Of a stretch of DNA of 64,000 bases, positions 48,971 through 57,735 are shown piece after piece; position 1 is the first letter of the stretch, and each line of letters begins with the position of its first letter. This DNA comes from an uncultured delta proteobacterium (GTDB taxonomy: Bacteria; Bdellovibrionota; FAC87; UBA2466): assembly GCA_963778115.1 (NCBI GenBank), contig CAVZSV010000004.1, forward strand, positions 992,001-1,056,000, given 5' to 3'. The notes beneath the pieces were generated by a model. The model was not told the origin of the DNA. It worked only from the letters and a program-made list of their open reading frames with translations, and searched no databases. The position numbers were made by a program, and so were the translations under genes.

Positions 48971-49965
48971 GCCGCCACCGCGGGTAATTCGATTTCAAAT
49001 CGACAACCCTGATTATTTTCATTGTCGGTAATTCGGATTTCTCCGTGGTGGGCTTCAATAATAGTCTTCGCTAAATGTAAACCCAAACCCGTTCCCGGTG
49101 TCCTTCCCGCTGAAGTCCCTCGGTAAAATCGGTCGAAGATCTTAAGCCGCTCCTCAGGGGGAATTCCTGGCCCGTTATCACTGATTAGCACCCGAATTTT
49201 CGAAGCTGCCAGAGATACCCGAATGGAAATCTCTTTCTTGGGTTTATCATTATAAATGATCGCATTTTCAAGAAGGCTTTGGAACGTCATGTCTAGACCG
49301 TGCGCATCTCCGCTGACGGCCACTTCCTCATCGATATCTAAGCGCAGTGAAACGTCCCTCGCCTTAAACAATGGTTCTAACCGCCGAATTACCTGATTTA
49401 AGGAATCCACTACATACAGATTCTCGAACTGAAAGGCCCCCCGTTCAACGCGGTTCAGGCTCAGAGCGTTCTCAAAAAGGGTGGCAAGGCGCCTCACCTC
49501 TTCCATCGCCTGCCCCATCTCTTTGCTCAGCGAGGGGTCGTTTCTCTTTTCGGTAATAGATTCCAGGCGGAGTTTTAAAGCAGTCAGCGGCGTTTTCGAC
49601 TCGTGGCTGACAATCTCCACAAAATTTCTTTGAGTTTCGCGCGCTTTTCTTTCCACCTTAAGCGCATGTAACAACAGATACATTCCAATGAAGGTAAGAA
49701 CTACAAAAAAAGTAGACTCGGAGAGGAACATAATTCTGCGATGCAACACCTCCTTGGAGATAGCTTCGGCACTTTCATCCGAAAGAGGTGCCCCATGAAG
49801 GTTTGAGCGCAAAACCGCATTTTGCGATTTGAGCGCAGCCATCGCGTTCACTTCCTGCATGAAAACCGTCGTCCACCACACTACTTGAGCTAATAAGAGA
49901 CAGCTCACAGTAATGAAAAGTGTCGTCCATCGACGATATCTTATTTCGTCACGGGACCGACGCAT
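48967..49965 (-). CDS. Sensor histidine kinase
   Basis: Two TMs with a short extracytoplasmic loop; SHESKTPL, LLENAI, DNGPGI, FDRFY, GTGLGL. Confidence 0.93.
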   Translation of the reverse strand: MRRSRDEIRYRRWTTLFITVSCLLLAQVVWWTTVFMQEVNAMAALKSQNAVLRSNLHGAPLSDESAEAISKEVLHRRIMFLSESTFFVVLTFIGMYLLLHALKVERKARETQRNFVEIVSHESKTPLTALKLRLESITEKRNDPSLSKEMGQAMEEVRRLATLFENALSLNRVERGAFQFENLYVVDSLNQVIRRLEPLFKARDVSLRLDIDEEVAVSGDAHGLDMTFQSLLENAIIYNDKPKKEISIRVSLAASKIRVLISDNGPGIPPEERLKIFDRFYRGTSAGRTPGTGLGLHLAKTIIEAHHGEIRITDNENNQGCRFEIELPAVAA

Positions 49966-51242
49966 CTTTCCAGCCTTTCCAAAGTTTGGTTCAGCACATC
50001 AGGAGTATGGGCGAAAGAAACAAATCCCACTTCGTAGGGAGAAGGAGCCAGGTACACGCCCTGTTCGAGGGCCCTGCGAAAGAAGTCGCTATATTGTCTT
50101 ATTCCTTCCGACGTCAAAGTAGGGGGAAAAGAGGTGGACGGGGCCCCAAAATGAATCCAAAAGATAGAACCTAAAGAGATCACTTGAACCTGGGTCAGTT
50201 TGGAGAGTCGCTTTTCCAACTCTTTCGCGAAGGCTTCACACTCGTTATCCCAACGCAGCCAAGAAGGGCGGCGCCGAAAAAGTTCTTCGATCACTTCGAT
50301 TCCGACAGCAGCGGCCAGCACGTTCCCCGCCATGGTTCCCGCTTGGTAAACACTTCCCGAAGGGGCTAAAGTGTCCATGATCTCACTTCTTCCTACGACA
50401 GCAGCCAGTGGCAAACCTCCACCAATCACTTTCCCTAGAGTGACCAGATCGGGTTTTAGATCGAAAAAACCGGTAGCTCCCGCAAGGCCCACACGAAAAC
50501 CGGTAATAACTTCGTCGAAAATCACCAGGGCACCGTTTTCTTTAGCCAACTGAACCACTGCCTTAACGTGCTCGTACTTGGGAATCCATAGGCCGTAGTT
50601 GGCAGCAATAGGTTCGACTATAAGTGCCGCGATTTGGTTGGGATTGGAATCAAATGCCTTCTTGATAGAAGCTAAGTCGTCATACCGCGCAATGACAGTA
50701 TCGGAAACTATCGACGAGGGAACGCCCTTGGAGTCAGCTTCAGTAGTTTCAGCAACTCCACTTCCAGATTTCGCTAACAACCCGTCGCTATGACCGTGGT
50801 AGCAGCCTTCAAACTTTAAGATCTTGCTTCTTCCCGTAAAACCGCGAGCCAGACGAATCGCTGTCATCACCGCTTCCGTCCCGCTCGTTACCAAGCGGAC
50901 CTTTTGGAGAAACGGATAAGATTTCAATATTAGGTTCGCCAGAATAATCTCTTTCGGGTGGCACGCCCCGAAAGCTAGACCGCGGCGCGCCTGCTCTTGA
51001 ATGACTCCGATTACATTGTCTGGGGAATGTCCTAAAATATGGGGACCGAACGCCATACAAAAATCGATATACTCTTTTCCATCCACATCGTAGAGAAATG
51101 GGCCTTTCGCGCGGTTAAAATAGATGGGAGTCGTTCCCACGTGTTTGAACGCCCGAACGGGGGAACTAACTCCTCCGGGAATCACTTCGCAGGCTTTTGC
51201 AAAAAGCTCTTTTGAATTAAAGGTCGTCGTATTGCTTTTCAT
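49941..51242 (-). CDS. hemL: Glutamate-1-semialdehyde aminomutase
   Basis: PGGVSSPVRAF, SGTEA, GCYHGH, FDEVITGFR, GKVIGGG. Confidence 0.96.
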   Translation of the reverse strand: MKSNTTTFNSKELFAKACEVIPGGVSSPVRAFKHVGTTPIYFNRAKGPFLYDVDGKEYIDFCMAFGPHILGHSPDNVIGVIQEQARRGLAFGACHPKEIILANLILKSYPFLQKVRLVTSGTEAVMTAIRLARGFTGRSKILKFEGCYHGHSDGLLAKSGSGVAETTEADSKGVPSSIVSDTVIARYDDLASIKKAFDSNPNQIAALIVEPIAANYGLWIPKYEHVKAVVQLAKENGALVIFDEVITGFRVGLAGATGFFDLKPDLVTLGKVIGGGLPLAAVVGRSEIMDTLAPSGSVYQAGTMAGNVLAAAVGIEVIEELFRRRPSWLRWDNECEAFAKELEKRLSKLTQVQVISLGSIFWIHFGAPSTSFPPTLTSEGIRQYSDFFRRALEQGVYLAPSPYEVGFVSFAHTPDVLNQTLERLERCVGPVTK

Positions 51243-52228
51243 CGAATCCAGCCCTTTTCGGCAGCTTGCGAAGCGTAATAGGTGATGATGAGTTGGGCTC
51301 CTGCTCGTCGAATGGCCGTCAGGTTTTCCAAAGCCATCTTCTTTTCATCCGCCATGCCGTGCTTAGCCAATTGTTTTACCATTTCATACTCACCGCTAAC
51401 ACTATAAGCGACGACAGGAACCGAAGCATGAGCGCGAAACTGGGCAATGATATCAAGATAAGCTAAGGCGGGTTTCACCATCACTAAGTCTGCGCCTTCT
51501 GCCTCATCGAGTTTAAGCTCTTTGAGAGCCTCTCCCGCGTTTCTAAAATCCATTTGATAAGCCGTACGATCGCCTCCCACCGGAGAAGAGCCAAGTGCCT
51601 CGCGAAAAGGTCCGTAATAGGACGAAGCGTATTTGGCGGTGTAAGCTAAAATTCCCACTTGGCTTAGTCCCTGCTGATCCAAAAGGCTTCGAATAGCCCC
51701 CACCCTGCCATCCATCATATCGGAGGGGGCAACAAAGTCGGCTCCCGCCTGAGCATGGACCAGCGCCACTTTCGCAAGATTCTCGACGGAAGCGTCGTTA
51801 TCCACTTCCCCGTGTTTCACAATCCCGCAATGTCCATGAGAAGTGGCGGGACACAAGCAGACGTCCGTATAAATAACGATATCTTTTCCGAACCGCTTCT
51901 TCAGGGTCCTGACAGCTTCAGGAATCACCCCTTTCTCAGCGAAAGCGGCACTTCCCCCTTCATCTTTTTGGGAAGCGGGAGTCTCTCCAAAGAGAAGAAT
52001 CGAAACGACACCACGATCTTTATCCGCTTCAATCCGCTTGGAAAGGACATCGATTCCCATTCGATCGACGTTCGTAAATCCGGCAATAGGCTCTTTGCTG
52101 TTAGCTCCCTCTTTCACGAAGTGGGGTTGGATAAGTTGGCTCAAACTCAGTGAAGTCTCGTGCAACGAGTCACGCAAAGCGGCGGAACGACGCAACCGAC
52201 GAGGACGTTGGACGATGGGTTTTAGCAT
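51239..52228 (-). CDS. hemB: Porphobilinogen synthase (Zn-type)
   Basis: RPRRLR, DVCLCPATSHGHCG, APSDMMDGR, YGPFREA, MVKPA. Confidence 0.97.
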   Translation of the reverse strand: MLKPIVQRPRRLRRSAALRDSLHETSLSLSQLIQPHFVKEGANSKEPIAGFTNVDRMGIDVLSKRIEADKDRGVVSILLFGETPASQKDEGGSAAFAEKGVIPEAVRTLKKRFGKDIVIYTDVCLCPATSHGHCGIVKHGEVDNDASVENLAKVALVHAQAGADFVAPSDMMDGRVGAIRSLLDQQGLSQVGILAYTAKYASSYYGPFREALGSSPVGGDRTAYQMDFRNAGEALKELKLDEAEGADLVMVKPALAYLDIIAQFRAHASVPVVAYSVSGEYEMVKQLAKHGMADEKKMALENLTAIRRAGAQLIITYYASQAAEKGWIR

Positions 52229-52980
52229 AGGATCTCTCCAATTCTTTCAAAGTCTCCTTCGGGAAGCAGCTGTGATGAAATCCCTTTTTTTTGTAAATGC
52301 TCCGAGGTGAACCGACCAATGGATCCGACAGCAACGCCTTCGGGGATGCTAAATTGCCGTACAAAAGCATCTACCGATGAAGGGCTGGTAAAAAGTATCA
52401 TCGACGATTTAGCGATATCCTCCTGAGTGAGAAACCGACCAATATCATCTCTTGGAAAAGTCTTATAGAGAGGGAGTACCGTCACCGAACAACCCAAAGT
52501 CTTTAATCTATCGGAAATAAGCGGTCTTCCCCCTTCCGCCATCGGAATAAAAACGCTGGGTTTGATCTGGCTGTTACTTAAAAGATCTTCAAACTCTTCT
52601 AGGAATTTCTCGCTGCCTGGTTCCGTAGGATAAAAGTCAGGAGTAAAACCATCTTGGCTTGCCGCCTCCGCTGTCTTCTCTCCGATGCAGGCCACCTGCG
52701 TTTGGACGGGGAAATCGATTCCCAGTTCCATCAGTAATTCGGCCCAATAATGAACGCTGCGTTGACTGGTGAAAAGAATCCAGTCACTAGGATGTTCTTC
52801 CAAATTTCTTACTAGTTCGGGAGAGACGGGGAGACGTTCAAAACGAAGCACGGGAACGGCTATCCATTCGAGCGGAGTTCCGCGATGGCCCAGTTCGGAG
52901 GGGAACTTCGAATCCAGATCTTGGTACTCTCCGGTCACTATTATCCGTATGGGGCTAGTCTCTCTAATACTGGGGCTCAT
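52222..52980 (-). CDS. hemD: Uroporphyrinogen-III synthase
   Basis: WILFTS, ACIGEKTA, LY.T, FTSPSSV; between hemC and hemB. Confidence 0.85.
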   Translation of the reverse strand: MSPSIRETSPIRIIVTGEYQDLDSKFPSELGHRGTPLEWIAVPVLRFERLPVSPELVRNLEEHPSDWILFTSQRSVHYWAELLMELGIDFPVQTQVACIGEKTAEAASQDGFTPDFYPTEPGSEKFLEEFEDLLSNSQIKPSVFIPMAEGGRPLISDRLKTLGCSVTVLPLYKTFPRDDIGRFLTQEDIAKSSMILFTSPSSVDAFVRQFSIPEGVAVGSIGRFTSEHLQKKGISSQLLPEGDFERIGEILC

Positions 52981-53912
52981 GCCATAACTTCCTTGAAAAA
53001 ACTGACAGTTTGGTCGACGAGAGTTTGTTCTTCGCTGCCTGAAATGTCAAAACGGTGGAATCCGGTCCAGTCGTGTGTTTTCGAGCCTTTGTCACGCAAT
53101 AGCCCTAAGAAAGCGCGCACCGTGATCAATCCCGATTTGCGATCTTTATGACAACGCACCCCCAAGGGGAGTGTGCAGCCGCCGTGGAGCCCTTTTAAGA
53201 TCTGCCGCTCCATCCGCGTCTCTTGCACCGAATTGGCATCCGTAAGCTTTTGAAATACCTCTTCTAGTTCCGGTCTCAAATTCTCTCGCGATTCCACAGC
53301 GAGTGCCCCTTGTCCTGGAGCCGAGACAAAGACTTCGGGGGACAATTCCACTTTGATAAGGCCCGAAAGGTCGAGACCTAGACGTGAAATTCCTGCTTCC
53401 GCCAAAACCACGGCCGCTACCTTTCCTTCTCTGACCGCCTTTACACGGGTAGGCACATTTCCCCTGAGCGCAAATACCGAGACGTCGCTTCGTTCGCTTA
53501 GCAAAAGAGCTTCTCGTCGCAGCGAACTCGTTCCCACGGTAGCGCCTTTTTTGATTTGAAGTTTTTCGTTCGGAGCGTGCCACTGTTGCGAGATGATCAA
53601 ACAGTCGTTGGCGTTAACCCGAGGCGGAACGGCCGCAACGAAGAGACCCTTAGGCTGATCGGTCGGTAGATCTTTTAGGGAGTGTACCGCTAGATCGATA
53701 GTCTCTTTTAAAAGAGCGTCTTCGAGCTGTTTGGTGAAAAGTCCTGGACTCGATTCCATGGAATAGAGCGGCTTTGTTCGATCTTGATCGCCTTGGCTTT
53801 CTACCTGGACCAGCTCACAGCGGATACCGTGACGCAACATCTCTCGGCTAATCTGGTTGGACTGCACCATAGCCAGATCGCTCTTTCGGGTTCCTAGACG
53901 ATAGGATTTCAT
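52977..53912 (-). CDS. hemC: Hydroxymethylbilane synthase
   Basis: GTRKSDLA, FTKQLE, AVHSLKDLP, GTSSLRR, RGNV.TR, GGCTLP. Confidence 0.96.
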   Translation of the reverse strand: MKSYRLGTRKSDLAMVQSNQISREMLRHGIRCELVQVESQGDQDRTKPLYSMESSPGLFTKQLEDALLKETIDLAVHSLKDLPTDQPKGLFVAAVPPRVNANDCLIISQQWHAPNEKLQIKKGATVGTSSLRREALLLSERSDVSVFALRGNVPTRVKAVREGKVAAVVLAEAGISRLGLDLSGLIKVELSPEVFVSAPGQGALAVESRENLRPELEEVFQKLTDANSVQETRMERQILKGLHGGCTLPLGVRCHKDRKSGLITVRAFLGLLRDKGSKTHDWTGFHRFDISGSEEQTLVDQTVSFFKEVMA

Positions 53913-53954
53913 TTTACCTCGCCTGCTTCGCAAAGCCCGAGGATAACACGGATG

Positions 53955-55208
53955 TCATAGGACGCGAATCCGCGACCTTTTAAGAGGTTCGGTCTGTTCC
54001 GTCTCCGAAGCGGGATCGGATACTTTGCGCAATACCGAACGTAAATGCTCACGGGAAAGGTGGAGGTTGCGTTTGACTAGAGATTCGGCCCACCGCTGAA
54101 CTTTAGTGTGGGTCTCCGGAGGAAGATCTTTTTGAACCACTAGCAGGGCTTCCGCTAACCCGTGGTAGAAGCTAGGCTCAACTTCATTAAAGTCTTTAAG
54201 TAGAGGCGCCTCTTTCTGCTGCAAGAAGAAAGCTCTCAAGGCGTCCTCGATAATCTTTTCCGCCTGAAGAACACCCACCGCACGGCTTTTAGAATTCTGC
54301 AAAGCCTCTTCTTTCAAGTCTTCTAATTTGATCACGCGAACATTAGCCTCCACCGGCAGTGTCGCGATATCGGCGGGTTCCGCAAAATCGAAAGCGAGTC
54401 TTTTTTCGCGAGGAATCGCCTGAAAAAAGGATTCATCAAATAGCGGATGAGGACTGGAAGTGGCTGTAAAAAGATGACTAAAATTGGGGGGAGACTTGAT
54501 GAAAGAGTCCAAAGAGCCAATTTCCACTTTTTGGGCTTCTGGAAGGTCTCGCAAAAGTTCAGGATCTCGATTTACCCACAGAATCGGACATTCGGGTCGG
54601 TTCTTCTTAAGCCACTGAACTACAATGACACTAATGGGACTGCGTCCCACTACTACCGCTTGCCGAAGAGGAAGTTCCCCTTCATGGCTTTGCAGATACC
54701 GAAGGCCCAGAGTCGCAACGGACACTGGCTTTTCGCAAATCTTGGTTTCCGAACGAACTCGTTTGGCCGTTTCAAAAGCTAATTGAAAAGCGCGCTCCAA
54801 AGAGGGATCGACGGGAATGCCCAAGCTCTTGGAAAGCCCCAAGGCATCTTTGAGTTGTCCTAAAATTTGGGGTTCACCCACAACCAAGGACTCTAACGAA
54901 GAAGCCACTCGCATCAAATGGCGTAAAGCCGCTTTGCCTTCGAGATGGTATCCTTCGTAGAAGCCTTCCGCTCCCAAACCCAAATGCTGGAGAAGCGTCG
55001 TCCAAAGGCCGCGCGTATCACAGAAAGGATCGTTCGCGGTGGTGTAGAATTCGATTCGGTTGCAGGTGGCTAGATAAACAATGTCAGAAAAGCCAAGTTG
55101 GGTGAGTTCTTTAAGGACGGTAGCGCGCTTTTCGGGTTCTAAAAAAAGTCTACGGCGAATATCCGCCGAGCCTCTCCTAAAATCTGTTCCCCAAACGTGA
55201 ATACGCAT
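53955..55208 (-). CDS. hemA: Glutamyl-tRNA reductase
   Basis: TCNRIE, HLMRVASSLES.VVGEPQILGQ, AKRVRSET; NADPH motif atypical. Confidence 0.92.
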   Translation of the reverse strand: MRIHVWGTDFRRGSADIRRRLFLEPEKRATVLKELTQLGFSDIVYLATCNRIEFYTTANDPFCDTRGLWTTLLQHLGLGAEGFYEGYHLEGKAALRHLMRVASSLESLVVGEPQILGQLKDALGLSKSLGIPVDPSLERAFQLAFETAKRVRSETKICEKPVSVATLGLRYLQSHEGELPLRQAVVVGRSPISVIVVQWLKKNRPECPILWVNRDPELLRDLPEAQKVEIGSLDSFIKSPPNFSHLFTATSSPHPLFDESFFQAIPREKRLAFDFAEPADIATLPVEANVRVIKLEDLKEEALQNSKSRAVGVLQAEKIIEDALRAFFLQQKEAPLLKDFNEVEPSFYHGLAEALLVVQKDLPPETHTKVQRWAESLVKRNLHLSREHLRSVLRKVSDPASETEQTEPLKRSRIRVL

Positions 55209-55223
55209 AAACTACCTTCATTC

Positions 55224-55266
55224 ACTATAGCTGGGGCACAAATTCTTATGTCACGGCTCTGTCACG
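55224..55266 (-). promoter_or_regulatory. hemA promoter: -10 TATAGT plus an 11-bp-periodic TGTCACG direct repeat (OmpR/PhoB-type site)
   Basis: TGTCACG at 55249 and 55260; minus-strand TATAGT at 55224-55229. Confidence 0.55.
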
Positions 55267-55280
55267 CATACGGAAAAGAT

Positions 55281-56468
55281 TCACTTTTTTGTGATTGCCC
55301 GGTCGTTCAGCTTAAAAAACCAGTTATTCCAGGATCTTACATCATTAACGGCGAAGTCTTTTCCGGAAATTTTCCTTAAAATGCCGTAGGATAGGTCTCT
55401 ATGATCAGGCTGCTTACTCTGCATCATCTGAATAAGGTCGGGGACGTCGTCCTTTAGAAGAAGGTCTTTGGTGTCGTGGTTACTCCCCACCATCTGGAAG
55501 GCGACGTAGAGTGCTTTGGATCTATCGGAAACCCTGGGAAAGTGGATCGCTTGAACGATGGGTGCCGCTGGAATGACATATTCAGGGTGAAACTCCGCGA
55601 TATCTCCCAAGACTCGCAGAGCATTATTTCTGACCAGATCATCGGGGTCGCGCACCATGGCCATCTCGTAATTCACCACACGATTACCGTCTTTGAGATA
55701 GGCCAACAGATAGGCAGCCGAAGCGCGATCTTCAGGACGGGCGTCTTTCTTTGTAATTTCGACTAACGCCTGTTCGTCTTTCTTCACGCCTTCCACAAAG
55801 ATACTTTCATACTTTTTTAACTTAGGATGCTTGTGGCCAAACGGACAATGTAAAGCCGCGCATTGAGCGATGTCAGGTTCCAGCTGCCCTTTTTCAACCA
55901 GATCAAGGGCAGTGTCCTCGTATTCCTGCCAGCTTTTGATCAAGTTATCGGGATCACTCATCTGCTTCGTCGGGGCTTCATAGAAGGGCATTCGCTTGGC
56001 GACATCAGACTTTTCGACGACATCGAGGGTGACATGGATAGCAAGGTCGCCAGGTTGAAAATATTGCACTACCGACCATTCCGCGAAAGGAAAACCAAAT
56101 TTCTTGATCACTCTTCCCCGCAGAGTCGCTTCCATCTGAGGTGCGGTCTCGTCATTGGCCAGCCCCTTTTTGAGCCACTTATCGAGAGCGGGCCCGAGTA
56201 ACTTTCTGATGATCCCCTCATTAATTCTAGAACTACCGTAAGTGTCCACCGATGCAATGTAGGGCTTTGCGGCTTGGCCATTCTTGGTAAATTGAGGATT
56301 CGCATCGTCGTTGGGAAGTGGAGAGACGGGAGGGTTCGTAAGCCCAGTGAAGGACTCCGTGGTCTCTCCTTGCGTCGTCGGCAAAGTGGGATTTTTAAGC
56401 GGGATGGTATCGCGATCTTCGGCGTACCCCACCACACAGGCCAGTACCAAAATCAGAATAGTTTTCAT
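55281..56468 (-). CDS. Exported HEAT-repeat protein with a POTRA-like N-terminal segment
   Basis: Signal peptide; IASVDTYGSSRI; HEAT-like DRASAAYLL, DPDDLVRNNALRVLG. Confidence 0.75.
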   Translation of the reverse strand: MKTILILVLACVVGYAEDRDTIPLKNPTLPTTQGETTESFTGLTNPPVSPLPNDDANPQFTKNGQAAKPYIASVDTYGSSRINEGIIRKLLGPALDKWLKKGLANDETAPQMEATLRGRVIKKFGFPFAEWSVVQYFQPGDLAIHVTLDVVEKSDVAKRMPFYEAPTKQMSDPDNLIKSWQEYEDTALDLVEKGQLEPDIAQCAALHCPFGHKHPKLKKYESIFVEGVKKDEQALVEITKKDARPEDRASAAYLLAYLKDGNRVVNYEMAMVRDPDDLVRNNALRVLGDIAEFHPEYVIPAAPIVQAIHFPRVSDRSKALYVAFQMVGSNHDTKDLLLKDDVPDLIQMMQSKQPDHRDLSYGILRKISGKDFAVNDVRSWNNWFFKLNDRAITKK

Positions 56469-56530
56469 ATTTCATTATTGTACCAGTTTCGTGAAGATAA
56501 TTTCGCGCTGCACGACGTCAAAAGAGGAAT

Positions 56531-56570
56531 AAAAAAAGCTCCCCGGGACAGTGTCCTCAGGGAGCTTTTT
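56531..56570 (-). terminator. Rho-independent terminator (bidirectional-looking)
   Basis: AAAAAGCTCCC..GGACA G TGTCC..GGGAGCTTTTT, just downstream of the OMP stop. Confidence 0.85.
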
Positions 56571-56589
56571 GAAAGCTTCTGATTAGATC

Positions 56590-57528
56590 TTACAACGTGG
56601 TGCGAAGCACCAGCTGGAAGAATCCGTTCGAAAGTCCATCCGTCTCGGAGATGTCAGCAGTCTGGTAGGCCACACCGAGATCGACGTGGTCCGCCACCGA
56701 GTAGGTGACTTCAGGATTCATCCACAAGATGTTGTCGTTCGATCCGCTCTTGGCTCCAGCCAACGTGTAATTTCGATAGAAGACCGTATTCCAGTTGAAA
56801 GGAACCGAGATCGCTAGCTTGTCATTCAACAAACGAAAGTCGAAGATCAGGTAAACACGGTTTTCAAAGCCCGGATAAACTTCCGTCTTTCCCGTGAACG
56901 TATTGAATTGTCCCGCGGTGTTGTAGGTATGGAAAATCGGAATCTCCATTAGGGTAACATCAATATTGCTCGTCAAGTTTTTCTTAAACTTGAAATAGTT
57001 TCGAAGTGATCCGATGTATCCCGTTCCCTTGAGTCCATAATTCACCGGCAAGTAAACGCGCGGTTCATAGCTGAAGCTCAATCCGTTCTTTTCGTCGACT
57101 AAGATATTATTGATCGGAGCGCGCAGAAGACCGTTTCCGGTAGTGACGCTTAAACCTTGTAGCGTGTTGTCGGCGATGTTGGTGTTAAATTCTTGCCGGT
57201 AGATGAGGGAGAACTTCTTACTGAATTGATAACCCGCTTCGGCCATGTTTTCCGTGCGAAGCGCGTTGTTCTCATTGAAATAGACTCCGGGGCGCAATTC
57301 CAAGACGCCTACCACACGAGCACCGGGTCGTTTTTCCGCCAGCTCTTCTTCCAAAGCGCTATCGGCAGCCGTCGTGTCGATATCTTCTTCGTTGGCGGCT
57401 ACCATCATTTCATGATTGGCCGCGATGGCTCCTTGATTGGCAAAGAGACCCAAAGCCAAGAACAACGCCGGGAACAAAAATTTCTGTCCCGACCGAATCC
57501 ACTTCTCGAACGCTACTAGCGTACTCAT
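56590..57528 (-). CDS. Outer-membrane beta-barrel protein
   Basis: Signal peptide; alternating amphipathic aromatic strands (EAGYQF, FSYEPRVYLP, NPEVTYSV, DLGVAY); C-terminal strand FFQLVLRTTL. Confidence 0.75.
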   Translation of the reverse strand: MSTLVAFEKWIRSGQKFLFPALFLALGLFANQGAIAANHEMMVAANEEDIDTTAADSALEEELAEKRPGARVVGVLELRPGVYFNENNALRTENMAEAGYQFSKKFSLIYRQEFNTNIADNTLQGLSVTTGNGLLRAPINNILVDEKNGLSFSYEPRVYLPVNYGLKGTGYIGSLRNYFKFKKNLTSNIDVTLMEIPIFHTYNTAGQFNTFTGKTEVYPGFENRVYLIFDFRLLNDKLAISVPFNWNTVFYRNYTLAGAKSGSNDNILWMNPEVTYSVADHVDLGVAYQTADISETDGLSNGFFQLVLRTTL

Positions 57529-57613
57529 CACATTCCACTCCTCGTGTTAAGTTTCCTGTCCGCATCAACCTGTTTATCAAGGACAGGTCTTATACCATGC
57601 GTCATAAATTAAA

Positions 57614-57629
57614 AGCAACAAAGTTGCCA
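57614..57629 (-). promoter_or_regulatory. sigma-54 promoter of the OMP gene
   Basis: Minus strand TGGCAACTTTGTTGCT (GG-N10-GC). Confidence 0.7.
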
Positions 57630-57735
57630 TATGTAAGGAGTTTAGCAATTTCAAATACTTAAATGAAAAACGGGATGCCGAGCTCCCTTTAGGATTTCGG
57701 TTGGCAGCTCTTTTCTATCGCGTACAATCTGCCCC

